A DNA stretch of 54,958 bases, from positions 1 to 54,958 of the forward strand of contig JAHFHX010000006.1 in assembly GCA_023246655.1 (NCBI GenBank). The letters run 5' to 3'. Below are positions 1 to 7,589 of this stretch, one piece after another. The notes beneath the pieces were generated by a model. That model searched no databases and had not been told where the DNA came from. It worked only from the letters and a program-made list of their open reading frames with translations. The first letter of the stretch is position 1. Every line of letters begins with the position of its first letter. Both the position numbers and the translations under genes were made by a program. This DNA comes from Candidatus Magasanikiibacteriota bacterium (lineage in GTDB: Bacteria > Patescibacteriota > Patescibacteriia > Magasanikbacterales > GWA2-37-8).

Positions 1-828
1 TTTAACACCGCGGTATTCATTTAAAAAACTCTCCACGGTATCCGGATTCAAACCGCCGCGAAAAACCAAACTGCCCACACCAATAATTGGGTACAGTGGA
101 ACCTGTTTGGCTCTCGAAAATTGTGTCATTTCAGAAAGAGCAACTTTATTAGCCAGCACTGTTGCTACTAACCCTGAAACCATGGCGGGGTCACTGCGTG
201 CTAGAAAAGGTCGTAAATACTTGGGTTTTCGCCCAAATTCTTTAACATGCTGTTGGCAATACTCATTGAGGAGCCCCTCAATTGCCATTTGACCTTCCAC
301 ACTCTCAATGAGTGGGATCACTTCAAGATAATCTGTATTCGGGCGCTTGGTATGATTAAAAATTTCAAATTTAAAGCGAGCCAATTTGCGAAAAGAAGTT
401 TGAATGTATGTTAATTGTTCGGCTCGCTCGGTCATTGGTAAAATAATTTCAAAGAGCGGATTATTTTTTAATTTGATATCGCGCGCAAAATCTTCGCCCG
501 TCAGAATCACCATCAGCGAACGCAATAAACTATACCCTTTCTCATGCCAAATATTAGGAACACGGAAGGTGAGAAAACGATCTTTACCGAATTTGGCTTG
601 CCGACAAAAATTATAATAGGTAGTAAAGAGTTTGTCAGTCACGGCTTCATCGGCATGTTTGCCTTCCCAATCCCACATAAATTCCGTGACTCCTAAATCT
701 TGGAAAGCCGAAACACACTCAGGTAGTTCTTCGTGAACGCTTACAAACCCATCACCATCTGTTTCCCAATAAGGGGCACTAGCGTTATCGGGGTGTTGGG
801 TAGCCATGGTGGCAGGAATTTTTCGCAT
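1..828 (-). CDS. ppcA: Archaeal-type phosphoenolpyruvate carboxylase; runs off the window start, so its C-terminal part is missing
   Basis: Not in the ORF track. Manual translation from ATG at 828 gives MRKIPATMATQHPDNASAPYW...EFMWDWEGKHADEAV, and the last in-window codons read SFLNEYRGVK in the same frame. MxTQHPDN and MWDWEGK are PpcA signatures. Confidence 0.9.
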   Translation of the reverse strand, partial: MRKIPATMATQHPDNASAPYWETDGDGFVSVHEELPECVSAFQDLGVTEFMWDWEGKHADEAVTDKLFTTYYNFCRQAKFGKDRFLTFRVPNIWHEKGYSLLRSLMVILTGEDFARDIKLKNNPLFEIILPMTERAEQLTYIQTSFRKLARFKFEIFNHTKRPNTDYLEVIPLIESVEGQMAIEGLLNEYCQQHVKEFGRKPKYLRPFLARSDPAMVSGLVATVLANKVALSEMTQFSRAKQVPLYPIIGVGSLVFRGGLNPDTVESFLNEYRGVK

Positions 829-958
829 ATGCTGTTTACCTAGTATATAACGTGTCCCATTATCTCAGAGAATCGTGCGAACGTCAATTAAAGATAGAGT
901 GATACCCGTACTCATACTATTCAAAAAGGACAACCTTACGAGAAAGAGCGAGGAAAAT

Positions 959-2086
959 TTAATTGCCAGCCAGAATCTGCTTCACTATTTTGTCGCGTTG
1001 GCTTAAGGCATCGTCGAGGGAATACGTTGGGTCAATTATGTTAACCATTCGCTCAGCTAAATCTCTATCTTCGGCAGGGAGGCTCAGATCGCCCGTTAGA
1101 TACGCCGCCACAATTTCCGCAAAATATTCACCGGCTTTGGTTATGTTTTGTTCTTGGATATTACTACTACTAATTGACTCAACATAATTTTTTTTAAAAC
1201 GCTCATCACTTTTAAGCCGCTGCAGAACCTCGCCCAATAATTCTAATCGCTCGGCTGCAGACAGCCGGGGGTTGTGGAACCAATCATTATGGTGGGTTGC
1301 TTCATGAGCAAGGGTATCAATTATTTCCAGAATGGTTTCTTTTTCGGCAGATGACTTAAAAAGAGTTACTTCATGATTTACATAATTAGCTTCAGCTAAA
1401 ATAGACCACCCGTCCCCGGAAAGTTTAAACTCTGACAGATCACTATCTGATTCTTGATCAACGTAAATAATTCGTGCGGTTTCGCCAAACATCCCCTGAG
1501 GGAACGTGCTAATTAAAGCTTCCATTGCCTGTGCTTTAATGGGAAACAGTTCCATCCCCTCCAAACGAGGAGATGGAGCCTGAGCTAAATCCGCCGCTGC
1601 CAAATATTTTCCTTCAAGACTGCGGACACGAGTATGTTTTGTTATTTTTTGAATTGTTTTCCTACCAACTGCTCTCTGTACCTCGGTCGCAATGTCCTTA
1701 TTGCTATTAATGAAAGCTTTGGCATCGGATTGCGGCAGCTGCTGCCCGAACGTAAAACCGATAACTGCCGCCGAAAAAAATTTCAACAAATCTTTTGATC
1801 GAGAGGAAGACAGAACCATATCCATCTTGGTGGTGAAGCGATTGAACCATTTTTGTACCCGGCGCTGGTAACCAATAAATCCTTGGTACAACTCTTTCTT
1901 CGCTTGTCTAACCTCCTGCCGAGAATATGGTTGGTTAGGATCATGCAAAAGAAGCTCCAACCCCTGCCAGGCCTCTCGCAGCACTGGATCGTCTAATCGT
2001 AAATTGCCAAGCGTATATTCTAAATCTGGTTTTTTATCTTCTGTAGAATCTTCAATAGAAGAGAATCGAGAATTTTCAGAGGACAT
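959..2086 (-). CDS. Hypothetical protein with HExxH zinc-metalloprotease-like motif
   Basis: 375-aa ORF. TLAHEATHH is preceded by a beta-strand-like segment (HEVTLF) and followed by a downstream E in GEYFAE, as in zincins. Acidic, low-complexity N-terminus. Confidence 0.6.
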   Translation of the reverse strand: MSSENSRFSSIEDSTEDKKPDLEYTLGNLRLDDPVLREAWQGLELLLHDPNQPYSRQEVRQAKKELYQGFIGYQRRVQKWFNRFTTKMDMVLSSSRSKDLLKFFSAAVIGFTFGQQLPQSDAKAFINSNKDIATEVQRAVGRKTIQKITKHTRVRSLEGKYLAAADLAQAPSPRLEGMELFPIKAQAMEALISTFPQGMFGETARIIYVDQESDSDLSEFKLSGDGWSILAEANYVNHEVTLFKSSAEKETILEIIDTLAHEATHHNDWFHNPRLSAAERLELLGEVLQRLKSDERFKKNYVESISSSNIQEQNITKAGEYFAEIVAAYLTGDLSLPAEDRDLAERMVNIIDPTYSLDDALSQRDKIVKQILAGN

Positions 2087-2103
2087 AGGTAGTGGCTATG
2101 ACG

Positions 2104-2625
2104 TTATGTTCCAATTGTCTTTTTTAGCAATAATTTTTTTATCTCTGCTACCTGGTGCAACAGCTCATCACGATCTTTTTTAATATGTACTGCCTCATCT
2201 TCCATTTCAACTAATAGGCTCGACAATTGAGAGCTCACTTGTTCATCGCAACTGAGAATCTGTGCCAGCAGCTTGCGGCGCTGAGCCACAGTACCCACTG
2301 CCTCCTGGAGAAACAATAATAATTTTTTGTGATAATCGTGAGCGCGTGCCGCCAAGAAACCATTTCTTTTTAACTCTTCATAAATGGCGGTGGTGTATGT
2401 CGCATCACTCGGCAATACCGTTTGTAATATAATCAATCGTTGGCCGTGGGGCCTCATAATTTCTTTTACTGTACGAGGATAGTGTTTAGTTAAAAATGTT
2501 CGAAATTTTTTTAAACTGTGCTGCACTGAACCATCTATTATTTCATACTCTATGCCCCGCCCTTGCACCTCTATAAAAGCAGTTAGAGTTACATTACGAT
2601 TAAAAATGGCGATAATTTCAGACAT
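2104..2625 (-). CDS. Hypothetical protein with C-terminal coiled coil
   Basis: 173-aa ORF, co-oriented and 17 nt from the next gene. Heptad-like C-terminus. No family recognised. Confidence 0.6.
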   Translation of the reverse strand: MSEIIAIFNRNVTLTAFIEVQGRGIEYEIIDGSVQHSLKKFRTFLTKHYPRTVKEIMRPHGQRLIILQTVLPSDATYTTAIYEELKRNGFLAARAHDYHKKLLLFLQEAVGTVAQRRKLLAQILSCDEQVSSQLSSLLVEMEDEAVHIKKDRDELLHQVAEIKKLLLKKTIGT

Positions 2626-2809
2626 ACGTATTTAAACGGATCAAACTATTTAAGTAAATCATACTTCTGTTGAATTGTCTATGTTTTAAAACCAATAATC
2701 TTGTACGAGCTGGATAATTTTAACTCTGATTTTTTATATCTTAGACCAATTATCAAACTTCGGAGCGCCTAAAATTTAATGGCACCGCTCACCTGTAGCA
2801 TCACGAGTA

Positions 2810-2818
2810 TGATATAAT
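2810..2818 (+). promoter_or_regulatory. Extended -10 promoter element (TGnTATAAT) upstream of the desaturase
   Basis: TGATATAAT at 2810-2818. SD AAGGAG at 2881-2886 lies 5 nt before ATG 2892. Confidence 0.5.
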
Positions 2819-2891
2819 GTATTTATAGTGCTATTGGCGAGCGGGAATTGTTCCGTTTGCCCAACCCGAACCACTCACCAAAGGAGCGGTG

Positions 2892-3662
2892 ATGAAAGCG
2901 TTGTATGATAAATTCGGGTGGCCGGCTCTGATTGCGGCCACCTTCGCCGTGGGATTGGCTGTGTTGTTGGTGGCGACGATCCGCTTCGTTGCCATTTTTG
3001 TCTGGCGGCGCAAGCGGTACGTGCCGGACTACAAGGCGGACCGGGCGGAGTTGGGGCGGTCAGTGTTCTGGTCGCTCGTCTCCATGGCGGGCAACGCCGT
3101 CCTCATGTTCCCCATCCAACTGGGGATCGTGAAAGGGTACAGCCGAATGTATTTCTCGGTGGGGGAATACGGGTGGCTCTACCTGCCATTCAGCGCGGTT
3201 GCGCTCCTCGCGGTGAGCGAGACGCTCACCTACTGGGTGCACCGTGTGCTCCACAGCCGTTTCCTCTACGGCTTGCACGCCAAGCACCACGAGTTCAAAA
3301 AAACGACGCCGCTGATGGCGGTGGCGTTCATCCCGCTCGATGCCTTCCTGCAGGGGTTACCCTACCACCTGTGCATCTACGCCTTCCCCATACACGTGTG
3401 GGTGTACCAAGGGTTTTTTGTGTGCATCACCCTGTGGGCGATCTCGATTCACGATCGCACCACCTGGCTGGCGCCCAAAGGGCTCTTGGTGTGGCTGGTG
3501 AACCACACCGGGTGCCACACGGTGCACCACTGGTTCGGCACCGGCAACTTCGGCCAGATCACCTCGATCTGGGATCGGATCTGCGGCACCTACAAACATC
3601 CGCAAGACCTGCCCGCGGAGTTCTTCGCCGCCGTCCCAGGCCGCGCGCCTCCGCCGGCATAA
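2892..3662 (+). CDS. Sterol desaturase / fatty-acid hydroxylase family protein, most similar in motif pattern to lathosterol oxidase (ERG3/SC5D)
   Basis: Three His boxes (YWVHRVLH, HAKHH, HTVHH) plus AFxPLDAFLQGLPYH, FPIHxxVY, WAISIHD and NFGQITSIWDRICGTY. Hydrophobic TM segments. Start placed at ATG 2892 from SD spacing. Confidence 0.85.
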   Translation: MKALYDKFGWPALIAATFAVGLAVLLVATIRFVAIFVWRRKRYVPDYKADRAELGRSVFWSLVSMAGNAVLMFPIQLGIVKGYSRMYFSVGEYGWLYLPFSAVALLAVSETLTYWVHRVLHSRFLYGLHAKHHEFKKTTPLMAVAFIPLDAFLQGLPYHLCIYAFPIHVWVYQGFFVCITLWAISIHDRTTWLAPKGLLVWLVNHTGCHTVHHWFGTGNFGQITSIWDRICGTYKHPQDLPAEFFAAVPGRAPPPA

Positions 3663-3704
3663 AACTCGGCAAGCAACTCCCTCCCGCCCAATAAGGAAGA
3701 TAAC

Positions 3705-3761
3705 TGAGACCTCCCCGTACCTATGGATATAAAAATTGTATACATCGGTACGGAGGTCTCA
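3705..3761. repeat. Inverted repeat / hairpin downstream of the desaturase
   Basis: TGAGACCTCC(CC)GTACC ... GGTACGGAGGTCTCA. The arms pair apart from a 2-nt bulge. Confidence 0.7.
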
Positions 3762-4069
3762 CCAAAAATTCTATAAATATTCTACAAAAATGTGGAATAT
3801 TTTTATTCATAATAATTTTATTAGGATAAAAACAAAAAACCAGCTGGATTACAGCATGATTTTTTGTCTCGTTTGTGCACAAGGTGAGATGCCCCTTAAC
3901 GCGGTAGCATACGGCCGATGAGTGTTCGGCGCACTTGCGCTGGGCCTGTTAGCTCGGGTGAACGAGACCGTAAAAAGTTCACTTTCAGCGCTGTTCCGAC
4001 CACTGGGCACCCTGCCACGGTCCTTCTTCGGAAAACAATGCCCTGCAATCGGCGGCCCTTCGGGCGCGA

Positions 4070-4528
4070 CTACTCGCTTTTGAGGATGAGGCCGGCGCGG
4101 CCGAGGAAGGCCTCGACTTCACTCGACCTGAAGGGCGCCGTCTGGCGCGAGCGCGCGCACCCGGCCGGAAGACCGGTACGTGGCGGGCCGAAGTGGCGGA
4201 TGAGTTCCTTGATCGCGGCCGCGACAGCCGTGAAGTTCGTGAGGTCAGCGCCCTCGCAGAAGTCAGCGCCCTGGAACCAGCCGATCACCCCCTCACCACC
4301 CTCGAGGAGGGTGCCCCGAACCGGCTGCCGTCCGAAACGCAGGTGCCAGATTGTCTGACCCTTCTCCCCGGTACCCTTCCAGACGAGGAGCGATTGCCAG
4401 TCGCTCCAGATGATGTAGCCACCCACCTTCGGCTCGACCTTGAGCTCGCCAAGCCCCAGGTTCACGAGGCTCGCGAGCATCTCACGCAGATCCTCCCGAT
4501 CAATGAAGAACAGTCCGTGGTAATTCAT
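4070..4528 (-). CDS. GC-rich hypothetical protein
   Basis: 152-aa ORF with SD-like AGGAGAAGG just upstream of the ATG and high GC3 codon use. Confidence 0.6.
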   Translation of the reverse strand: MNYHGLFFIDREDLREMLASLVNLGLGELKVEPKVGGYIIWSDWQSLLVWKGTGEKGQTIWHLRFGRQPVRGTLLEGGEGVIGWFQGADFCEGADLTNFTAVAAAIKELIRHFGPPRTGLPAGCARSRQTAPFRSSEVEAFLGRAGLILKSE

Positions 4529-4568
4529 GTACCTTCTCCTGGTTGGAGCTACTCACCTTGAGCAGCTG

Positions 4569-4577
4569 TTATCCACA
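4569..4577 (+). promoter_or_regulatory. Isolated DnaA box
   Basis: Perfect TTATCCACA in an intergenic region. A single copy could be chance. Confidence 0.35.
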
Positions 4578-4628
4578 CTTTACGTGGTATATAGTTTGAA
4601 GTAAAATTTTTAATCATACTATACAATT

Positions 4629-4657
4629 TTGACACGAATTGTAATGTTTGTTACAAT
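4629..4657 (+). promoter_or_regulatory. Sigma70-type promoter
   Basis: TTGACA(4629-4634)-17 nt-TACAAT(4652-4657) with extended TG, 9 nt before ATG 4667. Confidence 0.7.
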
Positions 4658-4666
4658 TGACCTACT

Positions 4667-5314
4667 ATGATAAATATCTCTACCGTTGTTGAAAAAATCC
4701 TCTTTAATTCCCCCGTTCCCTTTATTGCTCTTCAAAAGGACTATTTGAATTTGTCGGCGTACGCCAAATCAATTGCCAAAGAAGTTGAACAGAAAACCAA
4801 AAAACCGGTACGGGTAGGAAGTATTGTGGTGGCGCTTTCACGCCTCCAAGCTACGCTTACCAAAGCCAAACCATTATTGCCTACTATTCGTATTGAAGAA
4901 TTGTCGGTTAAGTCCAACTTAGTAGAAATAACATTTGAAAAAACTATGGCAAACTTGCGGGCGTTTCCTGCCATCTATCACGATCGTGCTTTTGCCTCAA
5001 CTGATTTTTTTACGGTTACGCAGGGTATTCAAGAAATTACGATTATTACCAATGAAAAAATGAAGCCTCTGGTTTTAAAAAAATGTGCTCCCGCGCGAGC
5101 CAAATATGTTATGGATAATTTGGCGAGTTTGACGATCCACTTAGGCGAACACTATTTAGAAACACCAAATGTTATTTACGCGCTCGTGCAGGAATTTGGT
5201 TTGCGACGCATTAACATTGTGGAAATTATTTCTACCTTAACTGAGATGAGTTTTATTCTTAAACAGGCGGATCTCCAGGAATCTTTTTTGTTGATGAGTG
5301 AGCGTTTGAGGTAA
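4667..5314 (+). CDS. ACT-like (aspartokinase regulatory-type) domain protein with N-terminal helical domain
   Basis: 215 aa. C-terminal TPNVIYALVQEFGLRRINIVEIISTLTEMSFIL resembles ACT-like repeats. No kinase catalytic domain. Confidence 0.55.
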   Translation: MINISTVVEKILFNSPVPFIALQKDYLNLSAYAKSIAKEVEQKTKKPVRVGSIVVALSRLQATLTKAKPLLPTIRIEELSVKSNLVEITFEKTMANLRAFPAIYHDRAFASTDFFTVTQGIQEITIITNEKMKPLVLKKCAPARAKYVMDNLASLTIHLGEHYLETPNVIYALVQEFGLRRINIVEIISTLTEMSFILKQADLQESFLLMSERLR

Positions 5315-5468
5315 AAAACAAAAACGGCTTATTTAAGGCCATCTCTATTCTACAAATAACGCTTCAGTTGTTTGTATAAATATTTCCTGCCTAACCCGCC
5401 TTTAAAAAATTTCTCTCTACCAATTGCATCTTGTTTATTGGCGTAACAGATGCCGAGAGCATTTTTCG

Positions 5469-5543
5469 TGGAGCGGGTAAGGGGAGTCGAACCCCTGTCA
5501 CCAGTTTGGAAAACTGGGATAATAGCCGTTATATGATACCCGC
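5469..5543 (-). tRNA. tRNA-Gly(TCC)
   Basis: GCGGGTA...anticodon loop with TCC...GGTTCGACTCC...TACCCGCTCCA. Cloverleaf with encoded CCA. Confidence 0.95.
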
Positions 5544-5614
5544 AGTGAGTGAAAACGAAGTTAACTTCGGTTTTCCGAGCGAGGAATATTATATACTAGG
5601 TATATGATACCCGC
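5530..5614. repeat. 14-bp direct repeat duplicating the tRNA-Gly 5' end
   Basis: TATATGATACCCGC at 5530-5543 and 5601-5614. The spacer holds the palindrome GAAGTTAACTTC. Confidence 0.75.
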
Positions 5615-5640
5615 GGTGAAAGTCTAAAGTCTATAAAGTT

Positions 5641-5670
5641 CCCGCCACAGGCGGGTCCGCCTTTGGCGGA
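5641..5670. repeat. Tandem short GC-rich palindromes set in AAAGTC-type tandem repeats
   Basis: CCCGCC-ACA-GGCGGG immediately followed by TCCGCC-TTT-GGCGGA, flanked on both sides by (A/T)AAAGT(C/T) repeats. Confidence 0.75.
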
Positions 5671-5726
5671 GAAAGTCCATAAAGTTTTTAAAGTCCGAAT
5701 TGTTGTATTGCTCGTTATTTTAACGA

Positions 5727-6287
5727 TCACGCCCGAGCTGAATACTCGCCGGTTTCTGTATTTACCAAAACTTCTTCACCTTCTTTAATAAAAATCGGGG
5801 CTTGAATTTTAAGACCATTATCTAAAGCAATTTCTTTTGTCACATTGCCAGCGGCGGAATCTCCGCGTACTGCTGGGGGGGCTTCTACTACTTTGTACTG
5901 CACTTTCTTTGGCAACTGAATACTCACTGGCCTCCCTTCATAAAGACCGACAACAACATCTAAACCTTCTTTAAGATACTTGGCATCGTCACCAATTGAA
6001 TCCGCATCCATCTCAATTTGCTCATAGTTATTCATATTCATAAAAGCGTATCGCCCCTCAGTTTGATACAGATACTGCATGGTTTGAAATTGCACTTCAA
6101 CAATCTCTACTGACTCACCACTTTTATACGTAATTTCAATAACTTTTCCGGAAGCTAAATCCTTCATGCGGGTACGGGTAAACGCCGCTCCTTTACCAGG
6201 GTTAACGTGTTGAAACTCGACAACGACGTATAGGTTATTATTGTGCTTAATAACGGCTCCTTTGCGAATATCAGAAGTTGTAGACAT
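5727..6287 (-). CDS. efp: Translation elongation factor P
   Basis: HVNPGKGAAFTR loop (Lys at the modified position), YAFMNMNNYEQ, NGLKIQAPIFIKEGEEVLVNTETGEYSARA. Confidence 0.97.
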   Translation of the reverse strand: MSTTSDIRKGAVIKHNNNLYVVVEFQHVNPGKGAAFTRTRMKDLASGKVIEITYKSGESVEIVEVQFQTMQYLYQTEGRYAFMNMNNYEQIEMDADSIGDDAKYLKEGLDVVVGLYEGRPVSIQLPKKVQYKVVEAPPAVRGDSAAGNVTKEIALDNGLKIQAPIFIKEGEEVLVNTETGEYSARA

Positions 6288-6337
6288 AAACTAAATTAGC
6301 AATTATCAATGAGCAATTAACAACGCGGCTTACATTG

Positions 6338-7501
6338 TTAGTTGTTTATTGTTAATTGATCATTTACGCTTTGAAATATCACCTCATTAATATCTCTAGC
6401 GCCAGTAAATAATAGTATCATACGATCCACCCCTAAGGCAATACCTGCAGCCTTATCTGTCATTCCTAGCGCAGCCGAGGGATCTCGCGACGTCTTGGCC
6501 AAGCGAGACTTCTCCGCTACGCCGCGCCCTGTACCATACGGTACTGGGCTCCGCTCCGGTTGAAATGACAAATTGGCAGGGATGCCCGATTTAAGAGCGG
6601 CAATAAAGTCCTCGTCTACGGGCCAGGTCTCTTTGCCAAGTTGGTGACGCACAGCACGATCAACTTCCAAACGACGTTTTTGTTCATCAGAATCAGTCAA
6701 CTCACCAAATCCATTGCATATCTCAAGCCCACCAATATAACATTCCACGCGTTCAGCATAGCGTGGATCGTGATGGCAGAGGCGTGACAACGAGGCCATC
6801 TGAGCGGGATAATCATATAAAAACATTGGACGTTCGATGCCAAGGTGAGATTCGATCTCATTCAAAAAAATCTTAAAAAATATATCCTCATAGCTATCTT
6901 TATTACCTACCGAATATCCTCGACCTCGGGCTGTGTTACTCAATTGTTCAATTGTTAGATTGTTGTCTAAATCAACCCCAACATATTTTTCCCACACTTC
7001 TTTCATACTCATCCGCTCCCAGGTTTGGTTTACCTTTATCTCTTTATCTTTATACCTCAAGGTCTCAATTAACAATTCCTTTCCCACAAATTTAAATAAT
7101 TCTTCCATATCATCCATAAAATTCTGATACGTGCCCGGCGCACGATACCACTCAATCATGGTAAACTCAGGGTTATGTGTGCCACCAAAATCTTCATGAT
7201 TACGAAAACATTTACCGATCTCAAATACTTTGTTCCAACCAGCCGCCAATAGTTTCTTAAGGGCAAACTCCGGAGAAGTACGCAGGTAAAATCTATATTC
7301 ATCGCCGGTGGCGTGCGTTACCATTACCGGAAAAAAATGTAAATATGGCTCTTGGCTGGCAAAGCGAAGCGCGAGTGGTGTTTCAGCCTCCACAAATCCT
7401 TGTGACCAAAAAAATTCGCGGATCAGACGTACAATTTTAATTCTTTGATCAAAAATCTTTTTGAGGCGAGGGTTATGTTTGAGGTCGGACCAGGTGGACA
7501 T
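6338..7501 (-). CDS. epmA: EF-P lysine aminoacylase (GenX/PoxA) with a ~40-aa insertion
   Basis: LRTSPEFALKKLLAAG, FRNHE...HNPEFTMIEWY, EICNGFGEL, GIALGVDRM. No anticodon-binding domain; directly upstream of efp. Confidence 0.93.
   Translation of the reverse strand: MSTWSDLKHNPRLKKIFDQRIKIVRLIREFFWSQGFVEAETPLALRFASQEPYLHFFPVMVTHATGDEYRFYLRTSPEFALKKLLAAGWNKVFEIGKCFRNHEDFGGTHNPEFTMIEWYRAPGTYQNFMDDMEELFKFVGKELLIETLRYKDKEIKVNQTWERMSMKEVWEKYVGVDLDNNLTIEQLSNTARGRGYSVGNKDSYEDIFFKIFLNEIESHLGIERPMFLYDYPAQMASLSRLCHHDPRYAERVECYIGGLEICNGFGELTDSDEQKRRLEVDRAVRHQLGKETWPVDEDFIAALKSGIPANLSFQPERSPVPYGTGRGVAEKSRLAKTSRDPSAALGMTDKAAGIALGVDRMILLFTGARDINEVIFQSVNDQLTINN
6458..6570. mobile_element. Palindromic REP/MITE-like element inserted in frame in epmA
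   Basis: Ends TGTCATTCC...GAAATGACA are inverted repeats, with an internal hairpin GTACC-ATAC-GGTAC. Same end motif as the intergenic elements at 24759, 40850 and 48709. Confidence 0.8.
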
Positions 7502-7509
7502 ACTCGTGA

Positions 7510-7576
7510 AACGTAAAACGCGTAACGCATAACGTAAACCATTTGGTTCAACGCCCTACGTTACGCGTTTTACGTT
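7510..7576. repeat. 18-bp perfect inverted repeat built from heptamer units; probable terminator of rpsF-ssb-rpsR
   Basis: AACGTAAAACGCGTAACG (7510-7527) and CGTTACGCGTTTTACGTT (7559-7576). Confidence 0.8.
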
Positions 7577-7589
7577 ATATATTTAAAGT

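Noticed and set aside
107-616. Two short plus-strand ORFs
   Set aside because: Antisense shadows of ppcA, which occupies 1-828 on the minus strand.
2918-3694. 258-aa alternative-frame ORF over the desaturase
   Set aside because: Arg/Gly/Ala/Pro-rich shadow frame expected from high GC3; no motifs or SD.
3880-4070. Possible hammerhead or other ribozyme (CCGATGAG...)
   Set aside because: The core is not CTGATGA and no GAAA follows a stem II. No other ncRNA signature recognised.
3918-4561. Plus-strand ORFs of 146 and 122 aa
   Set aside because: Both overlap the minus-strand ORF that has the better SD; composition is typical of GC-rich antisense frames.
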